Origin: Octopus sinensis
Lineage: Eukaryota
Assembly: GCF_006345805.1 (NCBI RefSeq)
Contig: NW_021824856.1
Coordinates: forward strand, 1-17,367
Direction: 5' to 3'
Length of the DNA: 17,367 bases
Below, one piece after another: positions 8,990-17,367 of the stretch; the first letter of the stretch is position 1, and every line of letters begins with the position of its first letter. The notes beneath the pieces were generated by a model. That model saw only the letters and a program-made list of their open reading frames with translations, was not told where the DNA came from and made no database searches. The position numbers were made by a program, and so were the translations under genes.

Positions 8990-9735
8990 TTTATCCTACA
9001 TGAATTTGTCTGCCGTGTATTGTGATTAGGTCTTTGGAAAACACCTTGTTTGACATTAGAATAAGCAGAAGATGAGAAAAATGTTGGTGAGTGAAGTCAT
9101 GTCACAGGTTTGGTACAGATATAAGAAGGGAAATAGAGAACTGTGAGAAAAATAGTCTTATCAAATGATAATTAAATGTGATAAATGCAACATTGTTAGA
9201 TTATGTAGGATGTCTTGATAGAGAGACGAAGTTTAAGAAGTTGAATCTATTTTGTTGTGGACCAAAATATTGAGCTATTACATAGATTAAAAAGTTGACC
9301 AAAATCATAGTGGTCACCAGTTGACCATTGATGATAAGCATGCCTCAAGAATAAAGATTAAGAATTTAGTATAAATTATAAAATTTGGAAATATTTATTT
9401 CAGAGAGTCCAGAGCTGAAGGAGAAGGATCTTCTGAGAGTGGCTAAGAGGTTAGGAAGAGATTGGTGGCAAGTAGGTGAGTATAAAATTACACTACCTAA
9501 TTGATTTCTATAAATTTTACATTCACCTGGGCTATTTCATTTGTCAGGATGAAAGAGAACAGGTTACATTCCTAATTTCCAGTGGAATGGTTAGCTGCAA
9601 AATAAATTCTATTAATGATATTACTGGTATTTCATAAAGTATCCACTGAGGTTGGTAATTATGGATACACAAGAAAATACAAGTAGCATTTAATATTGAA
9701 GAAAGAAGAAAAATATGTTAAGGGTAAACAGCTGA
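8990..9735 (+). repeat. Copy 2 of the exon-containing duplicated block
   Basis: Co-linear similarity to 6560-7610. Contains exon D at the position where copy 1 contains exon C. Confidence 0.8.
9404..9475 (+). CDS. Coding exon D: N-terminal helices of the death domain (72 nt, phase 1-1)
   Basis: Acceptor atttatttcAG (9402-03), donor TAG|GTGAGT (9476). (E)SPELKEKDLLRVAKRLGRDWWQV matches the death-fold start L..vA..LG.dW and joins AIFLG in exon E. Confidence 0.88.
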
Positions 9736-10009
9736 GTTAATGACAACGTTTTTGGTTCGTCTTTACTCCATCAAAAGACCATGAGTTAGGGTCTTCTTGA
9801 AGCCATTAGGGATTGGGTTATTGTGTTTGAATGTGATAATTGCAATTTATATTGCCATATTGGAATAACTTTACAACATGACATATGTTTGTAAATGCTT
9901 CAGTAAAAACAGACTTAGTGTAGGGGTGACACAGCCAAATCATATCATATTCCCCACATCCAAAAAGAGAGAATGGCTTTAAGGAAATTTGACAGAAAAT
10001 GAATATTCA

Positions 10010-10630
10010 CAAGTGAAGCCAGACCATGGCTGGTCTCTCTCTCTCACTGAGACATAAGAATAACTGAATGGGTTCAGGAGAATTGATTGAATCTGGAGTA
10101 GATTCAAAAAGGATTGGATTTGACTGAGAATAATCGACTGTTGGTCTATCATTATTCATTTGATTTTCAGTGTCATTTTGGGAACTTTGCAAGGTGATTG
10201 ATTTCACAGAGAGACATTACTTTCATGACCCTTTGAATATCAGATCTGAAATCTGCCAGATTAAGACAGATATATGGGATTTCTCTGAAGGGTCTCTGGA
10301 GTAATGTTGCCCAATAGGATTTATAGTTCAGAGATTTGGGAGTCTCTCCAGGTTGAGCCACTTCTTCACATCTCTGGTACCTAGGACATGTGATCAGAAT
10401 GTCGCAGGAATGAATTACAAGACAGGTTCTCAAAGTCAAACCAATGGAGTAGGAGACCCAGGGGTAGACCAAGCAGTAAATAGTTGGATGATATCCATAG
10501 ACTTAGTTGTTGATGCTTGGGAATCCAACCAAAAATGTAATGATGGTTACATCTGATAGGCCCCAATGGAAGAAATGCCAGGGGACTCTATCCCCACAAC
10601 TATCCCAGAAATATTGAGCAGAGGAAATGA
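10010..10630 (+). mobile_element. Decayed RTE-clade LINE 3' fragment
   Basis: RLRQIYGISL..SN, then LWYLGHVIRMSQE*ITRQVL, then after a frameshift RPRGRP..W.DDI, matching the RTE C-terminal RWxGHVxRM...GxRPRGRP motif. Boundaries approximate. Confidence 0.65.
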
Positions 10631-10981
10631 ATGGATCAAATGGTTTGCCTGTTGGTACCCTATGTTGATTCTTTAGGTTCTCATGCACTTTTGCCTTCAC
10701 AAACACATCTGCCATCGGTTTACCTTAAAAGATTCTCAAGTGTAAACTTCAATTAATGTTTTTTTTTAAATCACCTTTAATTTAACCACTTTGTTATTTT
10801 TCTCATCATCCCTAGAAATAGAAAACAATGTCTCTATATTTTTCTTGTTTCTTAGCTATTTTTTTATATTTCTCTCTTGAAATAGTTTCTTTGTTATGTT
10901 TATAACAACACACATCTTTTATATTATTGTTAATATTGTTAAGGTTGTTGCATTTATTTCTTATTGTTGTGTCTTTTGCAG

Positions 10982-11181
10982 CAATTTTTTTAGGAGTTGA
11001 TACAACTAAACTGAAAATTGATGATGAGTCTATTGACGCTGTAAAACAAGGCTACCTGATGCTTTACGAATGGTTCAGGAATTGCGACCCAGAAACACGG
11101 ACACACGCAACATTACGTGCAGCTCTTGAAGAAGCTGAATGTGTCGCTGCGATGGAATGTCTGTCATTAGACGCAAAGTGA
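10982..11181 (+). CDS. Terminal coding exon E: rest of the death domain and stop codon
   Basis: Acceptor gtcttttgcAG (10980-81). (A)IFLGVDTTKLKIDDESIDAVKQGYLMLYEWFRNCDPETRTHATLRAALEEAECVAAMECLSLDAK*. The Q.Y.ML..W...T...L..AL pattern is typical of death domains. TGA at 11179-81. Confidence 0.9.
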
Positions 11182-11193
11182 ATTTCTGTGTAA

Positions 11194-11400
11194 CTGTTGT
11201 TGTTTAGCCTCAGATTAACCTTGACCAAACAGAGACTTATGATCAAACGCATGCCAGCCAAGACCATCATACCTATTTCCAAAGAGAACCCACAACCACA
11301 TTGTCCAATATGCCCTTCTGTACAGTGATATCGTGTGAATTTAGCTGCTAATTCTAGCAGGTATATCAGCCACATAGTGATCCATTCACTGGTTTGGCTC
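11194..11400 (-). mobile_element. Probable SINE/LINE 3' fragment, antisense, within the putative 3' UTR
   Basis: Minus strand ends GAGGCTAAACAACAACAG, an (AAC)n-type tail after a more GC-balanced body. Recognised by resemblance only. Confidence 0.45.
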
Positions 11401-11423
11401 CTTTGTTAAAAATTCACATTTAA

Positions 11424-11429
11424 AATAAA
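11424..11429 (+). promoter_or_regulatory. Candidate polyadenylation signal
   Basis: AATAAA about 240 nt after the stop codon, followed by a GU-rich tract (TTGTTGTTGCTGTTGTTG, ~11454-11471). The AT-rich context makes chance matches common. Confidence 0.45.
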
Positions 11430-12334
11430 GACAAACTTTGAAATGTTCATTTATTGTTGTTGCTGTTGTTGTATATCTAATCCCCTCCCTAAACAACCCC
11501 ATTGTTATATAGACAGCTTTAATATCTTCTGCTATATTGATAGTTATCTACCTTCATTTTTATCTGAGAGTAGAATGCCTGGTATATATATATATTGATG
11601 TATTTTCCCTTTATATATCCTATAGAGATAGTATTTCTATATAATACATGACGTATCTAAGGATATATCTCACTTTGTCCTGTTGTGGTTTAAGACAGGA
11701 CTCTCCAAAGTGGTGGTGGTTGAATAAAAATTCAGGGGTTTTGAGTGCAATATACAATATTTTAATTTTATATTCTTACTTTATGACCTTCGTTATTTAC
11801 TAATTACTGAAATTTTCGTCAGTAAAAATAAAACTTCACTATTATACATATGAAAATAAATAAAAAAAATTATAATTAAACAATAGCTGTGCTGAAAAAT
11901 CCTGAGATAATAAAATAATGACACAACATTTGTTGTTTTAATTGCATGTGATTGTGGAAAAGCCACAGTGTCTCCCTCTTTTTAAGTAACTTCAGATAAA
12001 GGAAGTGTACAATTCTTCCTTACAATATTTACCTTCATATTACTCCACTGTTATTTTAATTTGAAATTAGATTTCAAGTTCTTACAGCAGAGACCAAGAT
12101 TAAATAAGTAACACACATGAGACCTTTATGTACATTATAAGATGTGACAGGAAGCTCTACCGAGCAGACTTTTGTGGAATTGGAATGGAAGATTCATAAG
12201 TATTTTCCACTTTTTATTGGATTCTTTTGTGATAGAAGTGAACAAACCTGATTGTTTTCAAATTAAATAATCAAGATATTTAAATTCGATAAAAAAAACT
12301 TTATTCAGAATTGATATTACTATTAAAGCAAAAC

Positions 12335-12412
12335 GAAATTTTACCGGTGAGTGTGTTAAATAATAAGGCACTAAAAGAGAATGACTCTCCCCAGACACAA
12401 CAAAATTATTTG
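12335..12412. repeat. Dispersed repeat fragment; partner in opposite orientation at ~15888-15962
   Basis: AAATTTTACCGGTGAGTGTGTTAAATAATAAGGCACTAAAAGAGAATGACTCTCCCCAGACACAAC matches the reverse complement of GTTGTGTCTGGAGAGAATCATTTTTCTTTTTGTGCCTTATTATGTAAAACACTCACCGGTAAAATT. Confidence 0.8.
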
Positions 12413-12866
12413 TATCAAACTTTGTACAAAATTCTTCTACATAAATTGATAACATAAGTTTCTGATTTTTTGCTTGGATAACTGGGGGGAATTCTATTCA
12501 CACATTTATGCCATGTAAATACACAACAAAATAGTAGGCTGTTCAAAGCTATAGGTTACTGTTTATATAGACCAGCTGGAGCAAATTTAGTTTAACATTT
12601 AATGCGTAACCATAAACTCATTTTTAAAAGTGTTAGTTTTCTATAAATTGAGAAAACGTAAGACTTTTAGTGACTTTATAAAACTGAAAAGAGTAACTTC
12701 AAACTTTGATGACCCCAGACAATTCCTTTACTGACTGAGATCTTCGTCTTGTTCTGGTCAATGACTGTCAAAGTAATTTTCATATTTTAAAAGCATCAAA
12801 AGAAAATATGTTGCCCAGAGAAGAGAGGTTGAATTTGTCAAATTATAAAAGCTCAGAGAATAATGA

Positions 12867-12980
12867 TGGACTGGACATTTTCTTTAGATTAATGATCAGA
12901 GGATCCCTAAACAGATGCTATATGCTAAACTTCTTTATGGAAAGAGCCCCCAGCAGAAACGAAGACTATACGATTTAAGG
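12867..12980 (+). mobile_element. Short RTE/BovB-like LINE C-terminal fragment
   Basis: WTGHFL*INDQRIPKQMLYAKLLYGKSPQQKRRL resembles RWAGHVxRMxDxRLPKQLLYGELxxGKR. Confidence 0.6.
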
Positions 12981-13340
12981 AATGTGTATATTTAAGGAAT
13001 GTTATATATAATACATATATATATACATATATATATACACCACCAACGGTAACACAGGTGCTTATAATTATCAAGTACTCACCCGAATTTTATATATATA
13101 TATATATAGATATATATCTATATATATATATATATACTATATATATATATATATATTATATATATATATATATTATATATATATATAACTGAGCGGACAC
13201 TGCAGGGCAGTAACCCAGCATGGCCGCAATTTAATGATTGAAAAAATTAAAAAACGAAGAAGCAATATACGAAAATTGTCATCGATGTCAACAAGTTCTC
13301 CGTCCCTCTTTCACAAATTCAGCGAAACAGAAATGAAAGC

Positions 13341-13460
13341 ATACACACACACACGCACACACGCACATATTGGCTGACCCACACACACACACACGCACAC
13401 ACGCACATATTGGCTGACCCACACACACACACACGCACACACGCACATATTGGCTGACCC
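13341..13460. repeat. 40-bp minisatellite x3 built on (CA)n
   Basis: Unit ACACACACACACACGCACACACGCACATATTGGCTGACCC at 13341, 13381 and 13421, with one mismatch in the first copy. Confidence 0.95.
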
Positions 13461-13733
13461 ACACACCCATACAATTTCTTCAGAATGTCACGGTTTTAAG
13501 GTCAACATTTTTAAAGTATAAATAGCTACGAGTGTGCGTCTTTGCATGTATCTATATGTGTGGTGTTTGTGCGTGTTTGAGCACAGTCCACCCATACCCA
13601 AGGTGGTCGCATCGTCTCATTTGACCCAGCCACGAAATTCTTTTTTTCTCCCACGAGTGTTCCGGATCCCATTAATGAACTAATTTGCATACACCAGTCA
13701 GAGCTCACCTTCAACTTTTTGTCAGGTTAACAA

Positions 13734-13889
13734 CAGGAGTGTCCTGTATGGGAAGTAGCTCGCTTACCAACCACATGGTTCCAGGTTCAATCCCACTACG
13801 TGGCACCATGGGCAAATTGTCTTCTACCATAGCCTACGGACGACCAAAGCTTTGTCACGGAAACAGAAAGGAAGCCTGTCGTATATGAT

Positions 13890-13932
<43 letters not shown>

Positions 13933-14151
13933 GTGTGTGTATGTTACTGGGTGTCTGTGTTTGTCCCCAACATAGTTTCACAACCGATGCTGATGTGTTT
14001 ACGTCCCCATAACTTAGCGGTAGAATACTTACCGATAGAATAAGTACTAGGTTTATAAAGAATAGGTCCTCGGGTCGATTTACTTGACAAAAGACTGTGC
14101 TCCAGCATGGCCACAGTCAAATGACTGAAACATGTAAAAGAGTTAAAGAGT
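13734..14151 (+). mobile_element. tRNA-derived composite SINE, copy 3 (more diverged)
   Basis: Co-linear with 1735-2146. GGTTCAATCCC B-box, internal (TA)/(TATG)n tract, CAGCATGGCCACAGTCAAATGACTGAAAC end. Confidence 0.85.
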
Positions 14152-14155
14152 ATAC

Positions 14156-14313
14156 AATATATATATATATACATATTATATATTATATATATATATAATA
14201 ATAATATGTTATATGCGATATATATACATACAATAGCCATATCTATCTATATCTGTCTATCTATCTATATCTATCTCTCTCGTCTCGTCTCTCTCTCTCT
14301 CTAATTATCTAGT

Positions 14314-14353
<40 letters not shown>

Positions 14354-14355
14354 AT

Positions 14356-14387
<32 letters not shown>

Positions 14388-14518
14388 CTACATATATATA
14401 TATATATATACATATTATATATATACATATATATATATATATACATATATATCTACATATATATATATACATATTATATATATAATATATATTATATATA
14501 TATATATACATACATACA
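14156..14518. repeat. Long compound (TA)n/(TATC)n/(TC)n microsatellite tract
   Basis: Directly visible. Similar tracts at ~1640-1734, 2147-2217, 4313-4393, 4578-4655, 5927-6000, 13091-13188, 15270-15360 and 16430-16670. Confidence 0.95.
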
Positions 14519-14524
14519 AGTGAA

Positions 14525-14884
14525 GGCGCATGGCTCAGTGGTTAGAGCGTCGAGCTTACGATCGTCAGGTTTGTGGGTCGAATCCAGGACCGGGCTGTGT
14601 GTTGTGTTTTTGAGCAAGGCACTTTATTTCACGTTGCTCCAGTTCACTCAGCTGTAGAAATGAGTTGTGACGTCACTGGTGCCAAGCTGTACGACCTTTT
14701 GTCTTTCCCTTGGATAACACTGGTGGCGTGGAGAGGAGAGGCTGGTATGCCATGGGCGACTACTGGTCTTCCATAAACAACCTTGCCCGGACTGTGTCTA
14801 GGAGGGTAACTTTCTAGGTTGCAATCCCATGGTCATTCATGACCGAAGGGGTCTTTACCCTTTACATACATACATACATACATA
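14525..14884 (+). mobile_element. Apparently full-length tRNA-derived SINE with (TACA)n tail
   Basis: GGCGCATGGCTCAGTGGTTAGAGCG (A-box), GGTCGAATCC (B-box-like), central TTGAGCAAGGCACTT..CACTCAGCTGTAGAAATGAG, ends CCCTTTACATACATACATA. Confidence 0.85.
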
Positions 14885-15265
14885 GGTGTATATACTCAGA
14901 CAACGCATATCTGAAACAAATATAATAACAGGTTGTACTAGATATTGTTTATTCTTTATATAGTTGTGGCGTGTAATTAAATGTAAATTATAAGCTAGTT
15001 GATGTTTAATTGTTAAAGGTATCAGCAGGAGCTTGCATGCGTATGTCTGTCTGTTGATGCGTCATGCTCGTGTCCCCTTCGCAAGCGAAAAACGAACCCA
15101 TTTCAATTTGAAACTCTCACGTCGTTATTATATGACGCAAGGGAAGTAATTCTAGATGTTATTTTTTATACCCTCCAGCCTTCATCAGGTGTCTTGGGGA
15201 AATTTGAAACCTGAGTTCACATTCCTAATGTATTTTTATGTGCCTGTATCTATAGATATATTTCA

Positions 15266-15303
<38 letters not shown>

Positions 15304-15439
15304 GTACACATATATGTATATATACAGATAGATAGATAGATAGATAGATAGACAGACAGAGAAGTATAAAGACAAGTAGTGTGGTATGTTCATACACTTC
15401 TTGTGCGCCTGTATGATATCAGACAATAACAAAAGAAAA

Positions 15440-15765
15440 TCCAAAAAATTAACGAGAAATATCATAGAAGCCAGAATATTTTTTGTCTTTGGAAAAGGTG
15501 AAGATATATTTATGCCTCACTTAAGTTTAATACCTTCAAATATTCCCTTCGAACTCAAACGACTTCGATTTCCAATACGTCAGTCTCTTGCGATGTCCAT
15601 TGATAAGGTACCAAGTTTCAGACATTCAAAGTTACTGCTTTGCATTGGAGAAGGGTTGCTTTTCACACAGAGACTATCCTTGGGTTCCAGAGTGGGAAGC
15701 AAAGACAATTTTATCATTTTCACCCCTACGGTAAACTCAAACCAAGTCTATGAGGGACGTTTTTA
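15440..15765 (+). mobile_element. Decayed Helitron RepHel helicase C-terminal fragment
   Basis: KKLTRNIIEA..GKGEDIFMPHLSLIPSNIPFELKRLRFPIRQSLAMSIDK..SRVGSKDN matches the PIF1-like Helitron motif GEDVFIPRIPLIPSDxPFxFKRLQFPxRLxFAMxINK..SRVG. The region between is frameshifted. Confidence 0.85.
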
Positions 15766-16059
15766 GCATGGGATCAACGACAAGATTTGCAGAATGAATA
15801 AAAACTTTGAATTGAAATTGTCAACGCAACTATATTCGCATAAGAAAATGTGTTTTCTATTTTTTGGTTGGTTGTAATACTGAAGTTCAATAATTCCGTT
15901 GTGTCTGGAGAGAATCATTTTTCTTTTTGTGCCTTATTATGTAAAACACTCACCGGTAAAATTCCCACTTTTTTCTTATTTTTATTGTCCTAAAATTTCG
16001 TTGCGTCTTGCAACCTATATACATATGTATGTAAGTATATAATATATATCTATATATAT

Positions 16060-16093
<34 letters not shown>

Positions 16094-16095
<2 letters not shown>

Positions 16096-16250
16096 GGTCC
16101 CGGGTTGATTTGGGTTAACCACAGTAATAAGGTACTCAATACATAGCAGAGTAAAATTATTTATTATATTGAAGGAGCTTCTACAGGACTAGAACTGTTT
16201 CCATTCCAGAGAGAAATCATCAGAAGCTATTAACAAGATTGTTTGGCATT
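16094..16250 (-). mobile_element. Probable PLE terminal fragment with a degenerate hammerhead-like core
   Basis: Minus strand AGCUU-CUGAUGA-UUUCUCUCUGGAAUG-GAAAC-AGUUCUA-GUC-CUGUAG-AAGCU. The core boxes are present, but stems I and II are imperfect. Confidence 0.4.
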
Positions 16251-16486
16251 TATACATTTAGGCAGGTTTAAAGGGGTGGTGGTGGGGGACTATTTGGAGG
16301 TAGGCATAGCGCAAAAATATCATATTAGGGGAGTGGTCAAGGAGTCGTGTAAAGTAGATAAAAGAATAAATAAAGAATAAAAAATAATAGAAGAATAGAG
16401 TTTTAGGTAAATAAGGAGACTCTCACTTATACATATACACAATGTATATATATATATACACACACACACATATACATACACCATAT

Positions 16487-16539
<53 letters not shown>

Positions 16540-16671
16540 ATATACACACACGACGCCCACACACATACATATACATACAAATATATACATACACACACAT
16601 ACACATACACACACTATCTACATACACACATGCACACACATGTCATATGACACATATATATACATAATATA

Positions 16672-17183
16672 CTAGCGGTGAAGGTGACCCGCTCTACGCG
16701 CGGGTAAGAGTGTGGTTGTTACTTTCTCTTGCTTTCCTTTCAGCACGTAAAAAGCACCATCCAAACGTGCGGATTGCAGCGCCGCCTTGACTGGCTTCTG
16801 TGCTGGTGGCACGTAAAAAGCAACACCAACCGATCGTGGCCGCTGCCAGCCCCCCTGGCACCTGTGTGGCAGGCGGCACGAAAAAAGCACCCACTACGCT
16901 CACACAGTGGTTGGCGTTAGGAAGGGCATCCACCTGTCGAAACACTGCCAGATCAGACTGGAGCCTGGTGCAGCCTCCTGGCTTCCCAGACCCCTGTCAA
17001 ACTGTCCAACCCGTGCTAGCACGAAACGGACGTTAAACGATGATGATGATGATGATGATTCTCCCTCTTTGTTTCTTTCTCCCTTTCTCGCTCTCACTTT
17101 CCCACTCTCTTACTTTCCTTTCTCTCGGACTCTCCCTCGCTTTCTCTTACTCTCTATCTTTATGTATCTCTCCCATTTATAAA
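16672..17183 (-). mobile_element. Non-autonomous Helitron-like element (copy 2), interrupted by a retroposon
   Basis: CTAG at 16672-75 and hairpin CCCGC..GCGGG (16688-16704). 16672-16740 and 17060-17183 match the reverse complement of ~305-514. Confidence 0.7.
16741..17059 (+). mobile_element. 5'-truncated retroposon (SINE or RTE-type 3' end) with (GAT)n tail
   Basis: Three internal GCACG(T/A)AAAAAGCA repeats, the GGTTGGCGTTAGGAAGGGCATCC motif, and an end of GGACGTTAAAC(GAT)7. It splits the Helitron-like copy. Confidence 0.75.
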
Positions 17184-17367
17184 CAACAAAAGATCTGAGT
17201 AAGTAGAAATAAAATATTTAGAAAGATCAATCATAAATATCAGGCAGTTACAAAGGAAGGTCTTCTTCATCAAGACAGACAGCAAAACACTAACATTTAA
17301 AAGGGACAGACGAACTTGCGAGCTGAATAAAAATAATAAATATTGGAAACAAAGTTTGAAGGGATAG

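Noticed and set aside
10927-11181. 84-aa ORF with an apparent signal peptide or TM helix
   Set aside because: The hydrophobic N-terminus is the T-rich polypyrimidine tract upstream of the acceptor at 10981.
12720-12775. Possible minus-strand exon of a neighbouring gene (tttgacAG|TCATTGACC...)
   Set aside because: No convincing donor, partner exon or protein motif.
13341-13460. Repeat-spacer-like pattern suggesting CRISPR
   Set aside because: The units are identical tandem copies with no unique spacers, and the context is eukaryotic.
14525-14597. tRNA-like sequence (also at 1735, 7739, 13734 and 7294 on the minus strand)
   Set aside because: A/B boxes are present, but each continues into a repeated SINE body and no clean cloverleaf was evident. 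These are SINE heads, not tRNA genes.

Overview
AT-rich, microsatellite-laden animal genomic DNA. It is most likely an octopus or other coleoid cephalopod, judged from repeat content; this is recognition, not a search. The + strand carries the last five coding exons of one gene (1021-1196, 4979-5121, 6995-7045, 9404-9475, 10982-11181). They have canonical splice sites and compatible phases, and splice into an open 213-aa C-terminal fragment: final ankyrin repeat, C3HC4 RING, linker, death domain. This is Mind-bomb-like but with a death domain that canonical MIB1/MIB2 lack. The rest is a mosaic of mobile DNA: a decayed Tc1 IR/DR transposon, several tRNA-derived SINEs, RTE and HERO/NeSL-like LINE fragments, Helitron pieces and Penelope-like (PLE) terminal fragments. 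The most striking structure is a perfect 493-bp intronic palindrome (3822-4314, 1-nt spacer). Each arm carries a type I hammerhead ribozyme motif with a palindromic stem III. A further minimal hammerhead lies 140 bp downstream, and several degenerate or half hammerheads occur elsewhere. All alignments and folds were done by eye.
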